Shown here piece by piece: positions 7,640 through 16,250 of a stretch of 19,776 nucleotides of DNA. This DNA comes from Calditrichia bacterium (GTDB taxonomy: Bacteria > Calditrichota > Calditrichia > RBG-13-44-9). Numbering within the stretch: the stretch's first letter is position 1; each line of letters opens with the position of its first letter. Location: assembly GCA_037381445.1 (NCBI GenBank), contig JARRQT010000077.1, forward strand, positions 16,060-35,835. Reading direction: 5' to 3'. The notes beneath the pieces are model-generated. The model made no database searches. It saw only the letters and a program-made list of their open reading frames with translations, and was not told the DNA's origin. The translations under genes and the position numbers were made by a program.

Positions 7640-8953
7640 ATGAAATACTTTCTCATCACGATTTTTTGTTTTTCATTCCTGCTGACCGCCTGTTCAAAGC
7701 AGGAGAGTCCGGCCGGAAACGGCATGGACGGTATCGCCGAATCCTATGTGAAACTGGTGCTGAAAATCGGCCTGTATGATGCGGATTACGTGGATGCCTA
7801 TTACGGCCCAAAGGAGTGGAAACCCTCCGAAAAAGAAAAAGCCGCTCAGTTTCCTTACTCCGCCCTGAGCGGGGAATGCGACGGTCTGCTTACCCGACTG
7901 AAAAATGTTAACCAGGCAGGATTCGATAAGACGGACGAATTAAGATTTGCCTTTCTGAAAAAACAGCTGCTGGCGGTAAAAACCAGAATTGATATGCTGG
8001 GCGGCAAAAAACTGTCCTTCAATGCGGAATCGAAAGGGTTGTACGATGCGGTGGCGCCACAGCACTCTTCCGAATATTTCGATGATTTTCTGCTGGCCCT
8101 GGACAGGGAACTTCCCGGGAAAGGAAGCATCTCGGAACGTTTTGAGCAGTACCGCAATCATTTTATCATCCCGCAGGAAAAACTGCCCGCGGTGTTCGAT
8201 GCCGCTATCAAAGAGGCGCGCCGCAGAACGCTGAATTATATTGATCTTCCTCCCAATGAAAACTTCAAAGTGGAATATGTGACCGGCAAAAGCTGGGGAG
8301 CCTACAACTGGTATAAGGGGAATAATTACAGCGTGATTCAGGTGAATACCGATCTGCCGGTTTACGTTGACCGTCCGGTTGAGCTGGCCTGTCATGAGGG
8401 ATATCCCGGCCATCATGTGTATAACGTTTTGCTGGAAAGCCATCTGGTGCGTGATAAAAAATGGGCGGAATTTACCGTCTATCCCTTGTTCAGCCCCCAA
8501 TCGCTGATAGCGGAAGGAACTGCAAATTACGGAATTGAACTCGCCTTTCCGAGGGAAGAACGGATCGCATTCGAAAAGAAAGTGATTTTCCCGCTTGCTG
8601 GCCTCGATCCTGCCCGGGCGGAAAAATATTACAGGATTATTTTCCTGACCCGGAAGCTGGATTATGCGGAAAATGAAGCCGCCCGCGGCTACCTGGACGG
8701 AAACATGAGCCGGGAAGAGGCGATTGCCTGGCTGATGAAGTACAGTCTTTCAACCCGCGAGCGGGCGGAGAAAAGCCTGAGTTTTTTTGAACAGTACCGC
8801 AGTTATATCATTAACTACAATCTGGGGCAGGATATCATTCAAAATTATATGGATAACCATGTGGACGCGGAAGGGAATCCCTCAAAAAGCTGGCAGCTGT
8901 TCTATAATATTTTGTCCACACCGCAGACACCCTCGGGTTTGCAGGGATTTTAG
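7640..8953 (+). CDS. Lipoprotein with a DUF885-like putative metallopeptidase motif
   Basis: Lipobox LLTAC after a short signal peptide. The motif ACHEGYPGHHV is followed by SLIAEGTANYG and YIINYNLG, a pattern seen in DUF885-like proteins. Confidence 0.8.
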   Translation: MKYFLITIFCFSFLLTACSKQESPAGNGMDGIAESYVKLVLKIGLYDADYVDAYYGPKEWKPSEKEKAAQFPYSALSGECDGLLTRLKNVNQAGFDKTDELRFAFLKKQLLAVKTRIDMLGGKKLSFNAESKGLYDAVAPQHSSEYFDDFLLALDRELPGKGSISERFEQYRNHFIIPQEKLPAVFDAAIKEARRRTLNYIDLPPNENFKVEYVTGKSWGAYNWYKGNNYSVIQVNTDLPVYVDRPVELACHEGYPGHHVYNVLLESHLVRDKKWAEFTVYPLFSPQSLIAEGTANYGIELAFPREERIAFEKKVIFPLAGLDPARAEKYYRIIFLTRKLDYAENEAARGYLDGNMSREEAIAWLMKYSLSTRERAEKSLSFFEQYRSYIINYNLGQDIIQNYMDNHVDAEGNPSKSWQLFYNILSTPQTPSGLQGF

Positions 8954-9003
8954 GGTAGAAAAAATCCGATTCGGATAATTCGCCCGGAAATCTATCCACC
9001 TGA

Positions 9004-9528
9004 TTACCAACTGACTGCGGAATAGATTTCGTGATGGTAGCGGCTCGGCGCGGTGCCAATCAATCGGGTGTCGCTGAACCCGGCAATTCCAGCCAGTGTT
9101 TTCCATTCAGGAAACGGAATCGGGTAGGGGACCCAGAAACTGCCTTTCGAGATATTGTATTCCACCAGAATCAAACGGGCTCCGGGCCCCAAATAGCGCC
9201 GGATTTCGCGGATGACCGCTTCCTTCTGCTTCACATAATGGAGCGCGTTGGCCATGACAATACCATTCAGTTTTGGCAGGTCCAGCGGCCGGGTGAAATC
9301 GGCGGCCAGGAAATGAACCTTTCTTCCCGGAAACATCTTATGAAAAGCCTTCTTTTGCTGCTGGAGCGACCGGGTATCGGCATCAACGGAATATATCTCT
9401 CCTGCCTCTCCGATCAGCTCGGCCAGCGCCAGGGTAAAAGCGCCCCCGCCAGAGCCCAGGTCGGCCCAAATTCCGCCTGGATCGGGGATAGCGTCTCTTA
9501 TCAGTTTTACCCGCTCAGAATGATTCAT
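9004..9528 (-). CDS. Class I SAM-dependent methyltransferase
   Basis: Motif I WADLGSGGG, acidic YSVDAD, AADF, GIVMANALHYV and YLGPGARLILVEY (the LKPGGxL equivalent). Confidence 0.9.
   Translation of the reverse strand: MNHSERVKLIRDAIPDPGGIWADLGSGGGAFTLALAELIGEAGEIYSVDADTRSLQQQKKAFHKMFPGRKVHFLAADFTRPLDLPKLNGIVMANALHYVKQKEAVIREIRRYLGPGARLILVEYNISKGSFWVPYPIPFPEWKTLAGIAGFSDTRLIGTAPSRYHHEIYSAVSW
9076..9202 (-). repeat. 127-bp inverted repeat, right copy (methyltransferase codons 110-151)
   Basis: Reverse complement of 6772-6898 with a single mismatch. Confidence 0.97.
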
Positions 9529-9633
9529 TTCAACTCCGGCCGAAGGAATATTCTGTTTTTAAAAGAATAAAATTCATGATGACTGCATGGAACGATAAAA
9601 ATGTGAAAGAGGTCCCTGAAGCAGAGCAGACGG

Positions 9634-9653
9634 CGTCAGAAAATAATCTGACG
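9634..9653 (-). terminator. Hairpin downstream of the TPR gene, possible terminator
   Basis: CGTCAGA-AAATAA-TCTGACG is a 7-bp stem about 17 nt past the stop at 9671. It has no clear U-tract. Confidence 0.35.
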
Positions 9654-9670
9654 GAAGAAGCATGGAAGTT

Positions 9671-10822
9671 TTAGTCCGTGCCCTGCGGATTGTAGTATCT
9701 CTTAAAAAGGTCGGAATAAAAATCTCGCAACTGACTTTTTATCTCGTCAAAATTTTCCAGCGGACCGTCGAGTTCCAGTTCCGGGTTTCTTGCCCGGTTC
9801 TGATTGTAAGCTTCCCTTGCCATTTCCAGCGCTTCGGCATGTTTGCCCCGGGCATCCAGGGCTCTGGCAATCCAGTACTTGCATTCCACCTGAAAACCAA
9901 TGGAGGGATATTTATAACCGGATATTCTTTCCAGAATTTCGCGGAAATCAGACTCCACTGCTGCCCAGTTTTTGAAATGAACCATCAGCCGCCCGTGGAA
10001 ATAGATATCGATCATATTGGCATAATTTCTTTCCCTGATGGATTCCTCCACCACCCTGAGCGCCTCTTTATAATCATTCGAATCGAAATACACGGCGGTC
10101 AGAACCGAGATGGCCTCCTCCCGGGCATAGCGGCCGTGATTGATGCAGAACTCCAGCTGACGGATTCCCAAATCCCGCTTGTCCGGCATCCAGAATGTAA
10201 GCAGTCTCAGGAATTTCGATTTCGCGGTCCGCCAGTAAAAATAGCTGCCGAATCCCAGGTAGACATCATAGAGCGTGGTATCTTTCTCGATGGCTGCTCT
10301 AAAATTGTTGATTCCTTTCATGCCGTCTTTGTAAGCGCCGATCCAGTTATTTCTGCGAAAGCGGTTAAATCCCCGATGCCCGTATGCGCCGCCGATATAG
10401 AAATTGAGCCATGGATCGTCGCGTTTTTCCAGCAGGGCGTTGCCTTTTTCGATTGCCAGGTCCACATTGGTATCAACCTCTTGCTGGAAGGCTTTGATGC
10501 GGTAAACGCTCATCCAGCTTTGATAAACGGCGGCCTCGTAGAAATAGGGAGCGGGATGATCGGGATGTGCCTCTTTCAGGCTGTCCAAAACCGCCACCGC
10601 ATCATCATACCGGTCATGATCAACCAGTTTGATGATTCTCCGCAGCGGCTTGTCAAATACCGGATCAACTGCAGAATAGACGTCCGGGTCTATTTGGGGC
10701 ACTCTTTCATAAATAGGCGTAGAATCGGCAAAAGCCCGCCAGGGCGTTGCCCATAACAAGATGAAAATACACAAGTACAGAACCTGCAGTTTTGTTTTGC
10801 GATTCATCATGACATGAACCAT
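9671..10822 (-). CDS. Exported tetratricopeptide-repeat (TPR) protein
   Basis: Signal peptide ending RAFA. Helical TPR-like units include HPDHPAPYFYEA, NFYIGGAYG, YDVYLGFGSYFYW and YWIARALDARGKHAEALE. The start may be 10810 or 10807. Confidence 0.8.
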   Translation of the reverse strand: MVHVMMNRKTKLQVLYLCIFILLWATPWRAFADSTPIYERVPQIDPDVYSAVDPVFDKPLRRIIKLVDHDRYDDAVAVLDSLKEAHPDHPAPYFYEAAVYQSWMSVYRIKAFQQEVDTNVDLAIEKGNALLEKRDDPWLNFYIGGAYGHRGFNRFRRNNWIGAYKDGMKGINNFRAAIEKDTTLYDVYLGFGSYFYWRTAKSKFLRLLTFWMPDKRDLGIRQLEFCINHGRYAREEAISVLTAVYFDSNDYKEALRVVEESIRERNYANMIDIYFHGRLMVHFKNWAAVESDFREILERISGYKYPSIGFQVECKYWIARALDARGKHAEALEMAREAYNQNRARNPELELDGPLENFDEIKSQLRDFYSDLFKRYYNPQGTD

Positions 10823-11210
10823 GGAATGATATTCGAAATAATAAACTGTAACCGGAATGTTTTATAGTCTGCCATATTTGATTCCCCGGCATTCTATTAT
10901 TTTATCTATGCTTCTTTAATATAAACAGAAATCGTTCTGATGCTAATTCTTTATAATTATTTTAAAGTCGGCACCGCTTTTTGATACCGCTGCTATGGCC
11001 TGCATTTCTGCCTTATCTCTTCCCCAATCGAAAATCAAATGCGCTATTTTATTGTTTTATGTTTTTAGTATTGAATTGGATTCACGAAAAACTTTATTTG
11101 TTTTCAATAGTAATAATGTTTTCGTATGATTAAAGGAAAGGGAAACTGAACCGGTTTTGGGCAGCCTCCTTTAAATTTGGGCGATTGAAAGCAAAGGAAT
11201 CTGAAACGTA

Positions 11211-12479
11211 ATGAATGTTTACGCGATTATTATTCTGGCCACTCTTATTCTGGATTTTGCTCTGAATATTATCTCGGATGTCCTCAATCTGCGATTTTTA
11301 AGCGGGGAGCTCCCTGGCGAATTTGAGGGCGTATACGATGCCGAGGCGTACCGGAAGTCCCAGGAATATACCCGGGTAAAAACCCGTTTCGGATTTCTGA
11401 CTTCCGCTTTTGGTCTGGCGGTGATATTGATTTTCTGGTTTACAGGCGGATTCAATTATCTGGATGAAATTGTGCGGGGATGGCGTCTGAATCCAATCCT
11501 GAGCGGGTTGGTTTACATCGGGATTCTCGTCTTTTTCCGGGGACTCATTTCTCTTCCCTTCAGCATCTACAGCACCTTTGTGATTGAAGAACGGTTCGGA
11601 TTCAACAAGACGACACCGCTCACTTTTATTACCGATCTTCTGAAAGGCATTGCCCTGGGCGTGGTCCTGGGAGGTGCATTGCTTGCCGGTATACTGGCCT
11701 TTTTTAATTTTGCGGGTCAATTCGCCTGGCTTTATGCCTGGATTGCGGTCGCCATATTTACCCTTATCATTCAATTCATTGCCCCTACCTGGATTATGCC
11801 GCTGTTCAACAAATTCAAGCCGCTGGAAGAGGGCGAATTGAGGAACCGCATCATGGAATATGCCCGTTCCGTTAATTTTGCCCTTTCCGGTGTGTTTGTG
11901 ATGGACGGATCGAAGCGCTCCACCAAATCCAATGCATTCTTTACCGGCTTCGGAAAAAATAAACGGATTGCGCTGTTCGATACCCTGATGGAAAAGCACT
12001 CCACCGGCGAAATGGTTGCCATCCTGGCCCATGAAATCGGACATTATAAAAAGAAACATATTATTTGGGGAATGATCATCAGCATCGCCCATATGGGAAT
12101 CATGTTTTTTCTGCTCTCCATTTTTATTACCAGCGGCGGCCTTTTTAACGCTTTTTACATGCAGCACCAGTCGGTCTACGCGGGACTGATCTTCTTCGGC
12201 ATGCTTTATTCGCCCATCGAGCTCGTTCTGTCCATCTTCCTGAATATGTTTTCGCGCCGGAATGAATATCAGGCGGACCGCTTCGCCGCCGAAACCATCG
12301 CTGATCCTGAAAATATGGTGATGGCCCTGAAAAATTTATCGGTGCATAATCTTTCCAACCTGCGGCCGCATCCTTTCTACGTGTTCCTGAATTATTCCCA
12401 TCCGCCGGTGCTGGCCCGTATACGGGCTATCCGCCATTCGGAGAAGACCGCCGTCTTGCCGGCGAAGAATACCGCATGA
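11211..12479 (+). CDS. M48A metallopeptidase (Ste24/CAAX prenyl protease homologue)
   Basis: Motifs IEERFGFNKTT, MDGSKRSTKSNAFFTG, RIALFDTL, zinc motif AHEIGH, SRRNEYQAD and YSHPP, with multiple TM helices. Confidence 0.95.
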   Translation: MNVYAIIILATLILDFALNIISDVLNLRFLSGELPGEFEGVYDAEAYRKSQEYTRVKTRFGFLTSAFGLAVILIFWFTGGFNYLDEIVRGWRLNPILSGLVYIGILVFFRGLISLPFSIYSTFVIEERFGFNKTTPLTFITDLLKGIALGVVLGGALLAGILAFFNFAGQFAWLYAWIAVAIFTLIIQFIAPTWIMPLFNKFKPLEEGELRNRIMEYARSVNFALSGVFVMDGSKRSTKSNAFFTGFGKNKRIALFDTLMEKHSTGEMVAILAHEIGHYKKKHIIWGMIISIAHMGIMFFLLSIFITSGGLFNAFYMQHQSVYAGLIFFGMLYSPIELVLSIFLNMFSRRNEYQADRFAAETIADPENMVMALKNLSVHNLSNLRPHPFYVFLNYSHPPVLARIRAIRHSEKTAVLPAKNTA

Positions 12480-12641
12480 TTTTTGGGGCAAGTAATTTCC
12501 CATGATTTGTGACGGGCCAATTCCGCTATTCCGGCAGGAAATTGTTGAAAAAAATTGAATATTTACCTATCTTTCACTTCAATCAGATTATTAATGATAA
12601 TACCGGAGGATTCGTTTTTTTATATGTGTGGTTATGGGAAG

Positions 12642-14699
12642 ATGGTTCAATTTTTTTCCGGCTGGAGGAGAATACGGCATCGATCGCTCGTCTCAAAAGC
12701 GGTACTGTTGCTGCTGCTTGCTACCGGGATGGCCTTTTTTTCCTGCAGCGGAAGCGGAGACTGGGCCAGCCGTATTAACTGGGAATTGCCCGATTATTCC
12801 CAACTGCCCGGGAGCGAAGAATATCCCGATGCGGATGCCATTGTGCTTCTGAATGACGGGAAAATGGAGGTCTACGGGAATCGTGATCTCGGGTTCAGCA
12901 TTTTCGAGCAGCATACCATTGTAAAAATCCTGGATGTGCGCGGACAGCGATTCGCCAATATTATGATTCCCTATACCCCGGAGAGCCAGGTGGAAAATAT
13001 CCGGGCGCGCACCATTACGCCGGAAGGCAAGATTATTGCACTGGACAAAATTAAAATTTTTGACGTCACCCTCTATCCCAATTTTGTTTTTTATTCCGAT
13101 CAGCGGGCCAAAATTTTCACCATGCCTGCCGCAGGGAAGGGTTCCATCATTGAATACCGTTATGAAATCAATATCCGCAGCCGGACATTCAAGCATTACT
13201 GGAATTTTCAGCGGGATATTCCCACGCTGCTGTCCCGCTTCACGCTGGTCAAGCCCTCCGAATGGGATTTGAACTACCGTCTCTACGGTCTGGATCTGAA
13301 ACCGGACATTAAAAATGGACCGAAAGGATTCAAATCCACCTACACCTGGCAAGCCACTGATGTACCTGCCCTGAAATCCGAGTTTGGAATGCCGCCTGCG
13401 AATGAGCTGACAGCTCACCTGATGCTGGCGCCGGCGGGAATTAAAACCTGGGACGATGTCTCCGGGTGGTACGATAAGCTCTCTGAGCCGCAAATGAAAA
13501 CCGGTCCGCGGCTCAGGGCCGCAGTAGAGGAGCTTACCAGGGGTGCGGATTCCGACGAGGAAAAACTGCGGAATATTTTTGACTGGGTGCGGGACCAGGT
13601 CCGATATATTGCTGTGGAGGTCGGCATCGGCGGTTACCAGCCGCATGCCGCGGATGAGGTGTTCGCCAATCAGTACGGGGACTGCAAAGACATGACTACC
13701 CTGCTGTGCGCCATGGCGAGGGAAGCTGGAATCGAAGCGCATCAGGTGCTGGTGAGCACCTGGCAGAACGGCGCGCCGGATACTACGCTGCCTTCCCCGC
13801 TGCATTTCAATCATGCCATTGCCTATTGTCCGACGGTGGGCGAAATGGGCACCTGGATGGATGCCACGGAAAAAGGTATTCCTTTCGGCAAGGTGCCCTG
13901 GTACGATCAGGGGCTGCCCGTGCTGGTCATCGGCAAGGAAGGCAAAGCGCAAATCATCACCACGCCAAAGGACAAATCAGAAAACAACGGATCGGCCATG
14001 CGCTGGGATGTCACACTGGATTCCTCCGGCAATGCGATTGTGGAGGGCCAGAATAAATATTACGGGGCGCTCGCTTCGGAAATACGGGAGAGCCTTTTTT
14101 ATCTTTCCAGAGACCGGCAGCGGGAATGGCTTCAGAATGACCTGGCCCAGCGCTGTTCGGGTATCCGGCTGGATTCCATGCAAATTGAGGGTCTTTCCCC
14201 GGTGAAGGATCCGCTTCGTATCGCCTATGTCTTCAATACGTCCCAGTTTGGTCTGCTCCGCAGCAGCAAGCTGATCATCAACCCCGGTTCCATTTCCCGC
14301 TTCGAACTGCCGGATTATTTCAGAAGCGTTCACCGGGCGCACCGCATCCGTTTCAAATTCGGTACCCAAACGGAATTTACCCTGAATGTAACTCTGCCGC
14401 AAAAGGAGGGAAATGGACTGCAGGCTTTTTCCGATTCCGTATCCTCGGCCTTTGGTTCTGCTGCCTGGTCCTGGAATCCGAAAAAAGACGGCAGCGGTCT
14501 GGAAGCGAAAACAAGGTATGTCTTGAAAGGGGAGGACATTCCTCCGGCCCGTTATCCCGATTTTCAAAATTTTCTGGATAGAGTGAGAGCCGGGGACTTG
14601 CAGGAGGTGGTCCTGACGCTTCCCGATGCGCCCGCGCTTACAAAAGGTGATTTGAAGAAAGTGCCGCTGATTATTCGAAAAAGAATTGATCGAAGATAA
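12642..14699 (+). CDS. DUF3857 plus transglutaminase-like domain lipoprotein
   Basis: N-terminal EEYPDADAIVL...GSIIEYRY (DUF3857-type). The transglutaminase core has VRDQVRY, YGDCKD (Cys), HFNHAI (His) and WMDAT (Asp). A hydrophobic stretch ends in FFSC. ATG 12642 was chosen over the track's ATT at 12555; the exact start is uncertain. Confidence 0.88.
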   Translation: MVQFFSGWRRIRHRSLVSKAVLLLLLATGMAFFSCSGSGDWASRINWELPDYSQLPGSEEYPDADAIVLLNDGKMEVYGNRDLGFSIFEQHTIVKILDVRGQRFANIMIPYTPESQVENIRARTITPEGKIIALDKIKIFDVTLYPNFVFYSDQRAKIFTMPAAGKGSIIEYRYEINIRSRTFKHYWNFQRDIPTLLSRFTLVKPSEWDLNYRLYGLDLKPDIKNGPKGFKSTYTWQATDVPALKSEFGMPPANELTAHLMLAPAGIKTWDDVSGWYDKLSEPQMKTGPRLRAAVEELTRGADSDEEKLRNIFDWVRDQVRYIAVEVGIGGYQPHAADEVFANQYGDCKDMTTLLCAMAREAGIEAHQVLVSTWQNGAPDTTLPSPLHFNHAIAYCPTVGEMGTWMDATEKGIPFGKVPWYDQGLPVLVIGKEGKAQIITTPKDKSENNGSAMRWDVTLDSSGNAIVEGQNKYYGALASEIRESLFYLSRDRQREWLQNDLAQRCSGIRLDSMQIEGLSPVKDPLRIAYVFNTSQFGLLRSSKLIINPGSISRFELPDYFRSVHRAHRIRFKFGTQTEFTLNVTLPQKEGNGLQAFSDSVSSAFGSAAWSWNPKKDGSGLEAKTRYVLKGEDIPPARYPDFQNFLDRVRAGDLQEVVLTLPDAPALTKGDLKKVPLIIRKRIDRR

Positions 14700-14726
14700 A
14701 ACAGCCTTGTATTTTCCGCGGTATTA

Positions 14727-14776
14727 AAAAGCCTGGTATTTCGCGAAAGCCTTTCGATTTGAAATACCAGGCTTTT
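14727..14776. terminator. Bidirectional rho-independent terminator between convergent genes
   Basis: AAAAGCCTGGTATTTC (14727-14742) and GAAATACCAGGCTTTT (14761-14776) form a perfect 16-bp inverted repeat with A and T tracts at the ends. It lies between the stops at 14699 and 14781. Confidence 0.85.
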
Positions 14777-14780
14777 CTTG

Positions 14781-15569
14781 CTATTGCAGTGCCTCCAACT
14801 GGCTTTTGGCGAGCTTGGATTCTTCGGAATTCGGGAATTGCTGAACCACCTGATTAAAATAATTGCGGGCTTTCACTTTTTCACCCATTTTCAGGCTGCA
14901 ATATCCCATCTTAAGAAGGGCTGCCGGGACCTTGGTCCCGCCGGGATAATTGGTGGTGACCAGTTTAAATTCATCAAAAGCCACATGATAAATGCCCTGG
15001 GCATAAAACGTCTCCGCGATCCAATACTGGGCATTGTCCGCCAGTTCGCTGTCCGGAAATTTTTTGAGATATTCCCGGAATCCGAGCAGCGACAGCTCAT
15101 ACTTCCCCTTGGTGAGGTCGATGTAGGCGTTGTTATACAGTTCCCGCGCATCGATCTCCATGGTGGGAGCGTTCAGACGCAAGGAATCGCCGGCTGGATT
15201 GGCGGTAAGGGAATCTCCTGCCAGCATGGCCGGAGTGGGGCGCTCGGATTTCTGCATGATCTTTGATAACTGCTGCATATTGTCCTGGAGCTTGTTGTCG
15301 ATGAACTGGGACTGCTGCTTCAGGCTCGATATCTCGGTCAGCAGATCCGCTTTTGTCCGGTTGTTTTCTTCTTCCAGTGCGGAAATGGAGCCGTTGATTT
15401 CCAGCAGCATCTTTCTGAGCTGCTCATTTTCGCTGCGGATTGCTTCCACCTGGTTTTTCAGATACATCATATCGGTCTGAAACTGCACTACCTCTTTGCG
15501 GGTAGCGCAGCCGGTAAAGAATGCGATCAGCAGTATGATGCAGCCCGCTTTAATCCATTTTGTTCTCAT
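14781..15569 (-). CDS. cpoB: Tol-Pal system protein CpoB/YbgF
   Basis: N-terminal coiled coil, then a TPR domain (FPDSELADNAQYWIAE, YPGGTKVPAALLKMG, FPNSEESKLA). Immediately downstream of pal. Confidence 0.92.
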   Translation of the reverse strand: MRTKWIKAGCIILLIAFFTGCATRKEVVQFQTDMMYLKNQVEAIRSENEQLRKMLLEINGSISALEEENNRTKADLLTEISSLKQQSQFIDNKLQDNMQQLSKIMQKSERPTPAMLAGDSLTANPAGDSLRLNAPTMEIDARELYNNAYIDLTKGKYELSLLGFREYLKKFPDSELADNAQYWIAETFYAQGIYHVAFDEFKLVTTNYPGGTKVPAALLKMGYCSLKMGEKVKARNYFNQVVQQFPNSEESKLAKSQLEALQ

Positions 15570-15630
15570 GTTCGTACCTTATCTGATTTTTTCGGGAACC
15601 GGATTATCAATTTAAAAAAAGATGTTCATT

Positions 15631-16173
15631 TTACCGGCCGACAATCTTAAAATCAGCCCGCCGGTTCTTTGACCAGGCTTCCGGTGTATGGCCTGTGTCC
15701 ACCGGCCTTTCCTCGCCGTAACTGATGGTGGAGATGCGGCCTTCGTCAATTCCGTAATTCACCAGATAATTTTTCACGGCGTAGGCCCGTTTTTCACCCA
15801 GTGCCAGGTTGTATTCAATGGTGCCGCGTTCATCGCAATTTCCTTCGATTAAAACCCTGGTATTGGGATAAGCCTTCATGACTTTGGCATTCTGCGCCAG
15901 CGCGTCCCGGGCATCGGAGCGGATATCTGATTTGTCATAATCGAAGTAAACGGTTTTAAATGCCAGTTCAATTTTCGGCGCGGTGGATTCTTTTTTGCTG
16001 GTTTCGGCGGATTCCTGTTCCTTGGCGCCTTCATTTATCTGGGATTCCTGCGGCTGCTCTACTGCCGGCGCCGCAGTTGCATCGGGAATTTTCGTTGCTT
16101 TCTTTTGACAACCGCCAAACACAAGTGCAATCAGCAGACCTGAAATGAGTGTGAGAAACATAGATTTCTTCAT
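15631..16173 (-). CDS. pal: Peptidoglycan-associated lipoprotein Pal
   Basis: Lipobox FGGC and an OmpA-like domain (VYFDYDKS, IEGNCDERGTIEYNLALGEKRA, ISYGEERP, NRRA). Confidence 0.97.
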   Translation of the reverse strand: MKKSMFLTLISGLLIALVFGGCQKKATKIPDATAAPAVEQPQESQINEGAKEQESAETSKKESTAPKIELAFKTVYFDYDKSDIRSDARDALAQNAKVMKAYPNTRVLIEGNCDERGTIEYNLALGEKRAYAVKNYLVNYGIDEGRISTISYGEERPVDTGHTPEAWSKNRRADFKIVGR

Positions 16174-16250
16174 GTGAACATACCTCCTGGTTTATTGTTT
16201 TGTTCTCATCTCTCGAATAAATAATTAAAAGTATCCGATGGAAAATAATT

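Noticed and set aside
8953..8997. Hairpin between the convergent lipoprotein and methyltransferase genes
   Set aside because: The stems are short and imperfect (ATCCG-ATT-CGGAT) and too weak to call a terminator with confidence.
6772..9202. Diversity-generating retroelement TR/VR pair
   Set aside because: The length is similar to a TR/VR pair, but there is only one mismatch, no pattern of adenine-specific variation, both copies are inside unrelated coding genes, and no reverse transcriptase is in the window.
6772..9202. Transposon or IS with terminal inverted repeats
   Set aside because: No transposase lies between the repeats, there is no evident target-site duplication, and the repeat is ordinary methyltransferase coding sequence.
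10823..11210. Possible ncRNA or riboswitch in the divergent AT-rich intergenic region
   Set aside because: I found no recognisable conserved RNA motif or strong structure. It is consistent with ordinary divergent promoters, which I cannot place precisely.
12555..12641. ATT start and N-terminal extension of the transglutaminase gene given by the track
   Set aside because: ATT starts are rare, the stretch is AT-rich and intergenic-like, and a later ATG gives a more plausible signal peptide.
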